The notes: generated from the sequence alone by a model not told the origin. A stretch of DNA of 64,000 nucleotides from an uncultured Muribaculaceae bacterium (GCA_947178505.1 CAMWYR010000005.1:10507-74506); one strand, 5' to 3'. Counted from the stretch's first letter, positions 55,722 to 64,000 are shown. Program-made: numbers and translations.

Positions 55722-57596
55722 TCATTCAAGACGCTTCACCTCGTCTACGCCGGGGATCTCACGGATATGCTGCGTGATGGTCTGAAGTTCGGCATAAGAA
55801 TGCACGGAAAATGAGAGGTGCATCGTGACAATATTATCCTGCGTATCCGTATTGATTGAATCGATAGCAAGATGCAGCTTATTCGAGATGCAATCCACAA
55901 GGTCCATGAAGAGGTGGTACCGGTCGACCGCTCGTATAACAATAGTGACCGGATATAATGTTTCGTCGGATTTGAAATCGACCGACACGATATTGTCACC
56001 ATACTGCGAGGCGAGTTTCACGACAATCGGACAATCACGCTTATGGAGCGTTATACTGCCGTCGGTTTCCTTGAACCCTATCACCTCCTCCCCCGGAATC
56101 GGCTTGCACGAGCCGCAACGGTTATACTCAGGCTTCGGGAGCGACTGGAGATACGTGCGGATAGCCTTCTTCGCCTTATACGTCACGACAGCCTCGAGCC
56201 AGTCGGGATTGGGATGCGTGTCGGCGTCGGTAAAGATCTCAACGACATCACCGCGACGCAACGGAGCCTTAACCGACGACAAGAATCCGTTCACACGCGC
56301 ATACTTCGCCTTCGAACCTAGAGCAGGGTGCACCTCGTAAGCAAAGTCAAGCACGGTTGCCTTCTGAGGGAGAATGATCTCACGGCCCTTTGGCGTAAAG
56401 GTCATGATATCGTCATTATAGAACGACGACACCACATTCTCAATGAAATTCGAGCCGTTCTGCCCATGCTTAGCGATGTCGCGCAGCACGCTCCTGAACT
56501 TCTCTATCCAATGCACTATGTTATCATCATTTCTTGAGGCCACGCAACCGAGTTGCGAATCGCGGATCATCCGCCGGCTGCTGATATGCACCTCCTGCCA
56601 ACGGCCGAAGTCGGCCAGCAGTTTGACATGAAAGCTCTGATAGCCGTTCTCCTTAGGGGTGTCGATATAATTGGAGATTCCTCCCGGCTTCTCCTTGAAC
56701 CTGTCGGTAAGCACGGCATAGATGCGCAAAGCCATCAGCTTTTCCGACACGCCCTCCGGCGTATCGAAGATGATCTCTGTGAAATGGCGGTATTTCAGAT
56801 GATTGAAGTCATCCCCATACTTCTGCATCTTTCTCCAGATGCTGTAGGGCCGGCGATACTCAATCTTCACCTCCACCTTTATATCCGCAGCCTCCAACAC
56901 ATCCCTGATTTCATCTGCAAAGCGCGTCAGCCTCTCCCGCTGTGCCTTCTCATCCTGCTCGATGAGCGAAACGAGTTCGGAATACTCATGGGGGCAGCGG
57001 AAGCGGAAGCTGAGATTCTCAAGTTCGGTCTTCACGTTGTAGAGGCCGAGGCGGTTTGCAAGCGGAGCATAGAAATAGTCTGTCTCCCCGGCGATTTTCA
57101 TCTGCTTGTCGGAGCGCATCGAAGAGAGTGTGCGCATATTGTGCAGACGGTCGGCCAGCTTCACAAGGAGCGCGCGGATGTCGTACTGCACCGAATTAAG
57201 CATCTGACGGTAATTGTCTATCTGCTTCGACTCATCATATTTCTTCTTTTTCTTCTTCGTGACGACACTCACCAGGAAAGCGACATCATCGCCGAAACGC
57301 GCGCGGATATCTTCGACGGTGTAAGGCGTATCCTCCACCACATCATGCAGGAAGGCTGCGATCACCGGGTTTGCGTCGAGATTGAGTTCTTCGGCTGCGA
57401 TGTTGGCCACGGCGATGGGATGCAGTATATAAGGCTCTCCCGTCTTGCGTTTCTGCTCGGAATGAGCCTCCTTTGCGAGCTCAAAGGCGGCGTGAAGGCG
57501 CTGCATATCCTCTTCGCTGACCCGCGGCGCAAGCACGTCGAAGACGTGGGCCGCGCGGTCGGCAATCAGTTTGTCATATTTTGTGTCATCGTTCAT
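55722..57596 (-). CDS. rsh: bifunctional (p)ppGpp synthetase/hydrolase, RelA/SpoT homologue
   Basis: 624 aa. HD domain (HPIAVA...FLHDVVEDT), synthetase (RRPYSIWRKM, ENGYQSFH), TGS (IMTFTPKGREIILPQKATVLDFAYEVH), C-terminal ACT-like domain. Confidence 0.92.
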   Translation of the reverse strand: MNDDTKYDKLIADRAAHVFDVLAPRVSEEDMQRLHAAFELAKEAHSEQKRKTGEPYILHPIAVANIAAEELNLDANPVIAAFLHDVVEDTPYTVEDIRARFGDDVAFLVSVVTKKKKKKYDESKQIDNYRQMLNSVQYDIRALLVKLADRLHNMRTLSSMRSDKQMKIAGETDYFYAPLANRLGLYNVKTELENLSFRFRCPHEYSELVSLIEQDEKAQRERLTRFADEIRDVLEAADIKVEVKIEYRRPYSIWRKMQKYGDDFNHLKYRHFTEIIFDTPEGVSEKLMALRIYAVLTDRFKEKPGGISNYIDTPKENGYQSFHVKLLADFGRWQEVHISSRRMIRDSQLGCVASRNDDNIVHWIEKFRSVLRDIAKHGQNGSNFIENVVSSFYNDDIMTFTPKGREIILPQKATVLDFAYEVHPALGSKAKYARVNGFLSSVKAPLRRGDVVEIFTDADTHPNPDWLEAVVTYKAKKAIRTYLQSLPKPEYNRCGSCKPIPGEEVIGFKETDGSITLHKRDCPIVVKLASQYGDNIVSVDFKSDETLYPVTIVIRAVDRYHLFMDLVDCISNKLHLAIDSINTDTQDNIVTMHLSFSVHSYAELQTITQHIREIPGVDEVKRLE

Positions 57597-57613
57597 AACA
57601 GACTATTTGGAAG

Positions 57614-57621
57614 CAAAGATA
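57614..57621 (-). promoter_or_regulatory. -7 box TATCTTTG (minus strand) for relA/spoT
   Basis: Plus strand reads CAAAGATA, 17 nt upstream of the ATG at 57596. Confidence 0.45.
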
Positions 57622-57646
57622 ATTAAAAAAGATGGGATGTGCAATA

Positions 57647-57678
57647 TTTGGCTGATTGAAGGGATTTTTGTAATTTTG
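57647..57678 (+). promoter_or_regulatory. promoter for the DUF1846 gene (TTTG 57647-57650, 20-nt spacer, TAATTTTG 57671-57678)
   Basis: Exact consensus. Only 5 nt separate the -7 box from the ATG at 57684. Confidence 0.55.
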
Positions 57679-57683
57679 CAGGC

Positions 57684-59159
57684 ATGAAACTCGGATTTGA
57701 CAACGACAAGTATGTGCGCATCCAGTCGGAGCACATCAAAGAGCGTATCGCTCATTTCGGCAACAAACTCTACCTCGAGTTGGGAGGCAAGCTATTCGAC
57801 GATCATCACGCGAGTCGCGTGCTGCCCGGATTCGAACCCGACAGCAAGCTGCGGATGCTGAGCCAGCTCAGCGACAGGCTTGAGATCGTGATAGTGATCA
57901 GCGCCAAGGATATCGAAAAGAACAAAGTGCGCCAGGATCTTGGCATCACTTACGATATGGACGTGCTGCGCCTCCGCGAGGAATTCATGAAACGCGGCTT
58001 CCTCGTGGGCTCGGTGGTGATCACTCATTATGACGGTCAGAAGAGTGCTGACGCATTCCGCGAGAAACTGAGCCGAATGGGCATCACATCCTACTACCAC
58101 TACACCATCGAGGGCTACCCCAACAATGTGGCGTTGATCGACAGCGACAATGGCTTCGGCCGTAATGACTATGTAGAAACGTCGCGTCCGCTCGTAGTGG
58201 TGACGGCTCCCGGCCCGGGCAGCGGCAAGATGGCAGTGTGCCTCAGCCAGCTTTACAATGAGCATAAGCGTGGCATCCAGGCCGGTTACGCTAAGTTCGA
58301 GACTTTCCCGGTGTGGAACCTCCCGCTCAAGCATCCCGTCAATATCGCCTATGAGGCAGCCACGGCCGATCTTAATGACATAAATATGATCGACCCCTTC
58401 CACCTCGAGGCATACGGCAAGACGGCCATCAACTATAACCGCGACATTGAGATCTTCCCAGTGCTCAACGCACTCTTCGAAGGCATCTACGGCGACAATC
58501 CCTATAAATCTCCCACGGATATGGGAGTCAATATGGTGGGCTTCTGCATCAGCGACGACGAAGTGTGCTGCGAGGCTTCGAAAAATGAAATCATCCGCCG
58601 CTATTTCACAGCGCTCAACCGGTTTGCCGAAGGAGATTCGAGCGATGCGGAAGTGAATAAGATCGGCCTTCTTTTCAACCAGGCAAAGATCAATATCGAC
58701 TACCGCCGCACCGTTGCCGCAGCGCGCGAATATGCTAAAGAGACAGGCGTGCCCTGCTCAGCGTTGGAGCTCAGTGACGGCACGATCATCCGCGCGAAGT
58801 CAAGCGACCTTCTGGGCCCGAGCGCAGCGCTCATCCTCAACGCCACTAAGCATCTCGCCGGCATCGACCATGGCGTGAAACTCATCCCGCAGTCGATGAT
58901 CGAGCCGATCCAGCAGATGAAACTCGACTGGCTGCGCGGTCATAATCCGCGTCTGCACACTGATGAGGTGCTCGTGACATTAGCAGTGCTCAGCCCGATC
59001 AACGAGCAGTGCCGGCAGGCACTCGAGATGCTTCCAAAGCTGAAGGGTTGCCAGGTGCACAGCACGGTGATGCTCGGAGAAGTCGACCATAAGATCTTCA
59101 AGAAACTCGGAGTAGGCCTCACGTGCGATCCGGCCAAGAAGCCGGCGAAATCGAAATAA
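57684..59159 (+). CDS. DUF1846 (UPF0371) family protein
   Basis: 491 aa. The N-terminus MKLGFDNDKYVRIQSEHIKERI...KLYLELGGKLFDD is what I recall as the UPF0371 signature. Confidence 0.8.
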   Translation: MKLGFDNDKYVRIQSEHIKERIAHFGNKLYLELGGKLFDDHHASRVLPGFEPDSKLRMLSQLSDRLEIVIVISAKDIEKNKVRQDLGITYDMDVLRLREEFMKRGFLVGSVVITHYDGQKSADAFREKLSRMGITSYYHYTIEGYPNNVALIDSDNGFGRNDYVETSRPLVVVTAPGPGSGKMAVCLSQLYNEHKRGIQAGYAKFETFPVWNLPLKHPVNIAYEAATADLNDINMIDPFHLEAYGKTAINYNRDIEIFPVLNALFEGIYGDNPYKSPTDMGVNMVGFCISDDEVCCEASKNEIIRRYFTALNRFAEGDSSDAEVNKIGLLFNQAKINIDYRRTVAAAREYAKETGVPCSALELSDGTIIRAKSSDLLGPSAALILNATKHLAGIDHGVKLIPQSMIEPIQQMKLDWLRGHNPRLHTDEVLVTLAVLSPINEQCRQALEMLPKLKGCQVHSTVMLGEVDHKIFKKLGVGLTCDPAKKPAKSK

Positions 59160-59177
59160 ACCGCTTATTAGAAAGCA

Positions 59178-59969
59178 ATGATAGATCTCAGGCGCGAGAA
59201 TCTTACAAGATACATACTTCCGCTTCGCGAGGGGGGTTCATTGCCCGGCCTTGCCGAAGCGGAAGATGGTTTCCGCTATGTCGTGAAGATGGCAGGCGCA
59301 GGCCATGGCAAGAAGGCACTGATCGCCGAGTTCATAGGCGGGATGGTGGCCAAGGCGTTCAAATTTAATGTGCCCGAACTCGTGCTTCTTGATCTTGACG
59401 AGGCATTCGGAATCACGGAGCCCGACGAGGAAGTGCAGGAACTTCTCCGCAAATCAGAAGGGCTCAACTTAGGTCTCCACTTCCTTGAGGGGGCGGCCAC
59501 GTTCGACCCGGCGGTGAACGAAGTGGATGCGCTGACAGCCTCGAAGATTGTCTGGCTCGATGCGTTTCTCACCAACGTGGACCGCACTCGCCTCAATCCG
59601 AACATGATGATATGGGACCACCGTCTCTGGCTCATCGACCAGGGGGCCTCCCTTTACTTCCATCATTCCTGGCGCGACCCGGCGCAAGCGGCCCTTGATC
59701 CATTTCCATACATCAAGACTCACGTGCTGCTTCCCTATGCCGACCGTCTCGAGGAAGCCGACCGTCTCATGCGGCAGGCTATCACGCCCCGCACGCTGTC
59801 GAAGATCGTTGATATGATTCCCGAAGTCTGGCTTGACGAGCCGGAATCCGGTATCTCAGTCTCCGAGCGTCGCGATGCCTACAGGAATTTCCTTATTACG
59901 CGCCTTGCCGATAGCCGTATCTTCACGGAAGATGCCATCAGGCAACGCAAGCAACTAATGATGAAATGA
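59178..59969 (+). CDS. standalone HipA_C-like (PI3/4-kinase-fold) protein kinase
   Basis: 263 aa. RYVVKMAGAGHGKKALIAEF (nucleotide-binding Lys region), catalytic-loop-like LTNVDRTRLNPNMMIW, LIDQGAS (metal-binding Asp). No HipA N-terminal domain. Confidence 0.7.
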   Translation: MIDLRRENLTRYILPLREGGSLPGLAEAEDGFRYVVKMAGAGHGKKALIAEFIGGMVAKAFKFNVPELVLLDLDEAFGITEPDEEVQELLRKSEGLNLGLHFLEGAATFDPAVNEVDALTASKIVWLDAFLTNVDRTRLNPNMMIWDHRLWLIDQGASLYFHHSWRDPAQAALDPFPYIKTHVLLPYADRLEEADRLMRQAITPRTLSKIVDMIPEVWLDEPESGISVSERRDAYRNFLITRLADSRIFTEDAIRQRKQLMMK

Positions 59970-60367
59970 TGGCGGAAGATAAGGAAAAACTCATATATGA
60001 ATTCTGTGTGCTACGCTACGTTCCGGATGTGGAACGTGAAGAATTCGTGAACGTAGGGTTGCTGATGATGTGCAAGCGGATGCGCTGGATGCGGGCCGAA
60101 GTAGTTTGCGACGCAGAGCGTCTGTCGGTATTCGGCAATAAGGCCAATTGCCGCCGGCTCTCCACTCAGTTAGGGGTCTTTACCCGCAAGGATGTGCCGG
60201 CTCCGGATCTCCCCGTCGAAGAGCGCTACCGCTGGATGGCGGCCATGAAAAGCGCGATTATCCAGACCTCGCAGTCTCACCCTGGCATATTATTCACCAC
60301 CCTCTCCGATGCGCGCCGTGAACTCGACTTAAAATTCGATGAACTCCTCTGCCGGCTCGTGAAATAA
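59966..60367 (+). CDS. DUF3037 domain protein
   Basis: 133 aa. YEFCVLRYVPDVEREEFVNVGLLM matches my recollection of the DUF3037 N-terminal signature. 4-nt ATGA overlap with the kinase gene. Confidence 0.7.
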   Translation: MMAEDKEKLIYEFCVLRYVPDVEREEFVNVGLLMMCKRMRWMRAEVVCDAERLSVFGNKANCRRLSTQLGVFTRKDVPAPDLPVEERYRWMAAMKSAIIQTSQSHPGILFTTLSDARRELDLKFDELLCRLVK

Positions 60368-60413
60368 GATTTCAGCGCGTGGACTCTACTACGCTTCTCT
60401 CAAAATTCTGCTG

Positions 60414-61286
60414 ATGGTGAAGCTTTATCCCGACACAACTGTATCGATCGTGACTCACGGCAGTCCGGTTGACGAACTCCGGCGCGCAGCCGAATGCGTG
60501 CTGCGGAGTCCGCGTGTCGGCCGCCTGGAGATACTCGACAACTCCGGCACTGACCTGCCGGATCGCTATGAAGAGTGCCTGAGTGAATACGGCGAGCATA
60601 TACGGATTCGTAGGATACCAAACGACGGCTACGGAGCAGGGCATAATGTGGCCCTACGGGAAAGCCTCGATGACGATGTCACGTATCATCTCGTGATGAA
60701 TGCCGACGTCTACTGGGATGGAGATGTGATCAGCCGCTTATGCGATGTGATGGACCGGCGTCCGGAGATCGGCCAGATCATGCCGAAGGTCTATTATCCT
60801 GACGGCGCCCTTCAGCTCACGGCCCGCCGCCTCCCTACCCCGCTCGATCTCTTTGCAAAGCGATTCCTCCCCTCCTCGTTCACCCGAAGGCGTATAGGCC
60901 GCTATCTGCTTGAGAGGGCCAACCATGACGTGGAGATCAACTGCCCCTATCTGCTCGGCAGTTTCATGCTGCTGCGCACCGATGCGCTGCGCGACGCAGG
61001 CATCTTCGATGAGAGATTCTTTATGTATCCTGAGGATATTGATCTGACGCGGAGAATACACCGAAAGTATAAGACCCTGCACTACCCCGGCGTGAACATC
61101 ATCCATGCCCATGCTGCCGCCTCACGCAAGAGCCTGCGGATGCTCAGGATCCACGTCGTGAATATGATCCGCTATTTCAACAAGTGGGGATGGCTGCGCG
61201 ATCGGGAGCGAAGGGAAATGAACAAGGCACTTGAAGCGGGTATAGAACTTCTGCCTCTGTCGGCAATCCCCCCCTCCCGAGGATAG
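60414..61286 (+). CDS. family 2 glycosyltransferase
   Basis: 290 aa. SIVTHGS...LDNSGTD, GYGAGHN, the DxD-like EDIDL and rhamnosyltransferase-like layout. Confidence 0.82.
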   Translation: MVKLYPDTTVSIVTHGSPVDELRRAAECVLRSPRVGRLEILDNSGTDLPDRYEECLSEYGEHIRIRRIPNDGYGAGHNVALRESLDDDVTYHLVMNADVYWDGDVISRLCDVMDRRPEIGQIMPKVYYPDGALQLTARRLPTPLDLFAKRFLPSSFTRRRIGRYLLERANHDVEINCPYLLGSFMLLRTDALRDAGIFDERFFMYPEDIDLTRRIHRKYKTLHYPGVNIIHAHAAASRKSLRMLRIHVVNMIRYFNKWGWLRDRERREMNKALEAGIELLPLSAIPPSRG

Positions 61287-61347
61287 TCCTCCTGTTGTGT
61301 GGCAGCTGACGCCCGGAAGAGCATTCGGAACATGACCCCTTTTATTA

Positions 61348-62055
61348 TCAGAGCACGTCGAGAAGAAACGTACAGATTGGTCCGGCAAGAAATGCCGTGA
61401 GGATTCCGTTGAGAATAAGTCCTAATGTAGCATAGGCACCGTAGCGTTCCGATACGATGCTGATTCTGTTGGTACCCATCACGTGAGCGGCTGTCCCCAT
61501 ACTCAGCGAGCGAGACACGGGCCTCCCCACACGGCAAACATCCATTACCTTGAGGCCCAGAACGGCTCCGATGATTCCTACTACCACCACGATAGCCGAC
61601 GTTAGGGCCGGTATGCCTCCTATCTGCTTAGAGATTTCTATTGCAATCGGCGTAGACACAGACTTAGGCGCAAGCGAGCAGATTACAGCCGGAGACGCAC
61701 CGAGCCATTTAGCAATGGCAACCACGCTCACGATGCCGACCACGCAACCCACGAACTCAGTAATAAAGAGGGTGAGAAACTGCGAGCGGATATGCTTCAG
61801 TTCGTTATAGAGAGGCAGTCCAAGGGCGACGATCGCCGGCTTGAGCCAGAACTCAATGAGATGGCCCGACTCGTAATATTTCTCGTAGGAAATACCGGTA
61901 AGTCGCAGGTAAGCGATAAGCACGATAATCGTAAGGAGCATCGGACTCATCCATGTCTGCCGTGTCTTCTTCTGCAACCATCCGGCGCCCCAGTAGACGA
62001 GGAACGTCAGGGAGATGAGCGCCATCGGCGAGCTAAGCTGATCAATGATGGCCAT
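61348..62055 (-). CDS. lrgB: LrgB-family membrane protein
   Basis: 235 aa polytopic protein. Typical LrgB sequence (SLAPKSVSTPIA, MGTAAH). Overlaps lrgA by 14 nt. Confidence 0.9.
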   Translation of the reverse strand: MAIIDQLSSPMALISLTFLVYWGAGWLQKKTRQTWMSPMLLTIIVLIAYLRLTGISYEKYYESGHLIEFWLKPAIVALGLPLYNELKHIRSQFLTLFITEFVGCVVGIVSVVAIAKWLGASPAVICSLAPKSVSTPIAIEISKQIGGIPALTSAIVVVVGIIGAVLGLKVMDVCRVGRPVSRSLSMGTAAHVMGTNRISIVSERYGAYATLGLILNGILTAFLAGPICTFLLDVL

Positions 62056-62410
62056 GGGGATGATTGTGATGCTTGAAAAGTTTGTGGAGATACTGGTGGA
62101 GGCGTCCCGTAATCAGGAATACAATTACGATGGAAACAACGGTTGCAACCGTGATGGGGAGCCATTCGGCCGCAATCAAGTCGAAGTAGAGCATGAGGGC
62201 CACACCTGGAGGGATAAAGAAGAATGCCATATTGGCAATGAGAAATCTACAAAAGGGTTTTATCGTTTCCGGATTTACTATCTTTCGCTCGAGCAGCACC
62301 GTAAGAAGAAGCATTCCGAGAATGCTTCCGGGAATGCCGAGCCCCGGAATCAGGGCGAGTAGCTCGCCGAGAGCCAGACATCCGAAGATGATACCGAATT
62401 GTTTAGCCAT
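62042..62410 (-). CDS. lrgA: CidA/LrgA-family membrane protein
   Basis: 4 TM. I prefer the start at MAKQFGIIFGC (62410), because a TATCTTTG -7 box at 62443-62450 abuts the upstream ATG at 62440. His-rich C-terminal tail HHNHPHGHH. Confidence 0.88.
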   Translation of the reverse strand: MAKQFGIIFGCLALGELLALIPGLGIPGSILGMLLLTVLLERKIVNPETIKPFCRFLIANMAFFFIPPGVALMLYFDLIAAEWLPITVATVVSIVIVFLITGRLHQYLHKLFKHHNHPHGHH

Positions 62411-62606
62411 AACTGGGGTATCGTTTGTTAGCAAAATCATCGCAAAGATAACTAATTTCTGTTATTAATCACACATGGACGACTGATTTCTTTTTCATAT
62501 TTGATCGTGCAAGGCCGGAGTCTCAAATGTTAGAATATGCACACGGAGTACTGATTCCAAGTGGAATTTTTATTAAAATTTCGAAATTTTTGGTTACTTT
62601 TGCAGT

Positions 62607-63539
62607 ATGATTGACCGAGAGAGAGGCTATCAGCCCACTAATACGATGCGCGAGCTAATCCGCGACAACAACATGCTTCTACACGTGATCAGCCGGTTTA
62701 ATATCCCGTTCGGCTTCGGCGACAGCGAGATAGCGGACGTGTGTGAAACGCACGGCATCCATCTGCCCACATTCCTGGCCGTGTGCAATATCGTAAGCGG
62801 GCTCCCCTTTCCAGGAGGAGATATTTCGCTCCCTTCCCTCATTGCCTATCTGCGCAGGTCGCACCGGCATATCATCGACGTGACTCTCCCCCACATCCGC
62901 CATCATCTCATGGAGGGAGTTGTAAAATCATCGGCGGATAAGGTGGGGCTGATGCTTCTGAAATTTTTCGACGAGTATATGGAGGAAGTGCGCCAGCACA
63001 CTGAGATGGAGGAGCGTGATATTTTCAGGACTGCCGAGGAGGGAAAGGCTCCGGTATATTCAATTGAGCACGAGCCGATGGCTGAAAAACTCCATGAACT
63101 TAAGGATGTCTTCATCTACCATTACAAGCAGCAGGACGACGGCATTCTCAGTTCGGCGCTTCTCGACATCATTCTTTGCGAAGAGGATCTTGAGACGCAT
63201 TTTAAGGTGGAGAATCAGTTGCTTTTCCCGTTGCTTGAGAAGGAATGTGCGACAGTTGGGCCCGAAGAAAAAGAGGCGGAGGAAGGGCAAGATGGAGCAT
63301 CGGAAACCACTGAAGACTCGCTGCCGAAACTTGGCGAACGAGAGAAAGAGATCGTGACCTATATCGCGCGCGGCCTTACGAATAAGGAAATATCTGAAAA
63401 GCTCTTCATTTCGTCGCACACCGTCGCGACTCATCGCCGCAATATCTGCGCCAAACTCGACATCCATTCAGCCTCGGGACTCACACTCTATGCCATCACC
63501 CACAAACTGATCGACATCTCCGAACTGACTGACAGGTAA
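62607..63539 (+). CDS. hemerythrin-like sensor domain fused to a LuxR-type HTH (one-component regulator)
   Basis: 310 aa. HxxxE/D motifs (QHTEME, HELKD, THFKVE) and an H-rich helix (RRSHRHIIDVTLPHIRHH), an acidic linker, then the C-terminal HTH EKEIVTYIARGLTNKEISEKLFISSHTVATHRRNICAKL. The start may be M14 (62646). Confidence 0.75.
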   Translation: MIDRERGYQPTNTMRELIRDNNMLLHVISRFNIPFGFGDSEIADVCETHGIHLPTFLAVCNIVSGLPFPGGDISLPSLIAYLRRSHRHIIDVTLPHIRHHLMEGVVKSSADKVGLMLLKFFDEYMEEVRQHTEMEERDIFRTAEEGKAPVYSIEHEPMAEKLHELKDVFIYHYKQQDDGILSSALLDIILCEEDLETHFKVENQLLFPLLEKECATVGPEEKEAEEGQDGASETTEDSLPKLGEREKEIVTYIARGLTNKEISEKLFISSHTVATHRRNICAKLDIHSASGLTLYAITHKLIDISELTDR

Positions 63540-63545
63540 TTATTG

Positions 63546-63570
63546 ATATCCAAGGATGGATATTGTTTTT
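63546..63570 (+). terminator. rho-independent terminator after the LuxR-type regulator
   Basis: ATATCC-aaggat-GGATAT followed by TGTTTTT. Confidence 0.6.
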
Positions 63571-63675
63571 CGGTTCAGTTGACTCTCTTTCCAGGGCAAC
63601 TACGTTGTGCATCCGGGCCAGTCTAATCACAGGTTTATAAGCATTTTGCATGAAATATATGATAATGGTATTAAA

Positions 63676-64000
63676 ATGATAAAGAATCGGATATTCAGTC
63701 TGTTGCTCGTGGTTCTGATGCTGATCGCAGCGTCGGTCACGGTAAATAAGGCTTTGTTCGGACGCAGTCTTGCGGATAATTCGGCCTCAGAAGCGATTGA
63801 GGCGTGCAAGGCGCAGCCGGTCGAGATATTAGCCAGGGATGAGACAGTGATCCATACGGCTGACGTGCCCGGCACTATAAGCGGATATGCCGGGCCGGTA
63901 GCTCTGGATATCCGGATCTCCGGGGGCAAGATATCAGAAATAACTCCACTCCCTAATGCAGAGAGCCCATCGTTCTTTGACCGTGCCACCGTGGTCTTAA
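63676..64000 (+). CDS. exported FMN-binding-domain-like protein, 5' partial (runs off the window)
   Basis: My own translation: MIKNRIFSLLLVVLMLIAASV... then GTISGYAGPVALDIRISGGKISEITPLPNAESPSFF, resembling the FMN_bind domain (GY.GPI...V.I...GKI). The track only shows its antisense shadow, 63627..63989. Confidence 0.55.
   Translation, partial: MIKNRIFSLLLVVLMLIAASVTVNKALFGRSLADNSASEAIEACKAQPVEILARDETVIHTADVPGTISGYAGPVALDIRISGGKISEITPLPNAESPSFFDRATVVL

Noticed and set aside
57240-57260. A lysine run (KKKKKK) in RelA/SpoT, encoded by a T/C-rich tract on the plus strand, considered as a possible slippage or frameshift site
   Set aside because: The tract is an interrupted mix of AAG and AAA codons (AAG AAG AAA AAG AAG AAA), not a homopolymer. 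The reading frame stays open, with conserved HD-domain motifs on both sides.
1-64000. A search by eye for tRNA/rRNA/tmRNA genes (T-loop GGTTCGAATCC-like motifs), CRISPR repeats, IS elements/transposases/integrases and phage genes
   Set aside because: None were recognised. All intergenic gaps are 376 nt or shorter and are accounted for by promoters, terminators or the small ORF candidate. A covariance-model scan (tRNAscan-SE, Infernal/Rfam) would be the decisive check, and I could not run it.

Overview
Dense 64-kb chromosomal segment that looks like a Bacteroidales (Bacteroidota) genome. Start codons lack Shine-Dalgarno sequences. TTTG-N19/20-TAnnTTTG promoter boxes recur. There is a TonB-dependent receptor/DUF4374/PepSY locus and an rpmB-rpmG-DUF4295 trio. 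I support about 58 protein genes, mostly housekeeping: nrdDG, ftsY, rimO, menF, an M13 peptidase, prs, a GH13 enzyme, a patatin lipase, tamB, msrAB, tsaD, a cinA-like gene, rpmB/rpmG, nadE, tsaC, a ClC channel, fmt, menDBCE, crp/fnr, an M48 peptidase, relA/spoT and lrgAB. I recognised no rRNA, tRNA, CRISPR array, transposase, integrase or phage gene. Many intergenic GC-rich hairpins behave as intrinsic or bidirectional terminators. The loci most worth a second look are listed here. (1) A translationally coupled standalone HipA_C-like kinase plus DUF3037 pair at 59178-60367, downstream of a near-leaderless DUF1846 gene. (2) A patchily AT-richer block at 50345-54694, bracketed by strong hairpins, encoding a TPR sensor kinase, a LuxR-type response regulator and three unannotatable exported/membrane proteins. 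(3) A five-gene operon at 5025-10062: ABC ATPase, GIN beta-helix lipoprotein, membrane protein, YtrA-type GntR and an outer-membrane barrel. (4) A hemerythrin-like sensor domain fused to a LuxR HTH, divergent from lrgAB. (5) An orphan, apparently frameshifted small ORF in the longest non-coding gap (31706-32081). (6) A XusABC-like xenosiderophore locus divergent from a LytS/LytTR two-component system. All functional calls rest on motifs I can read in the translations and on recalled family knowledge. No database search was run.
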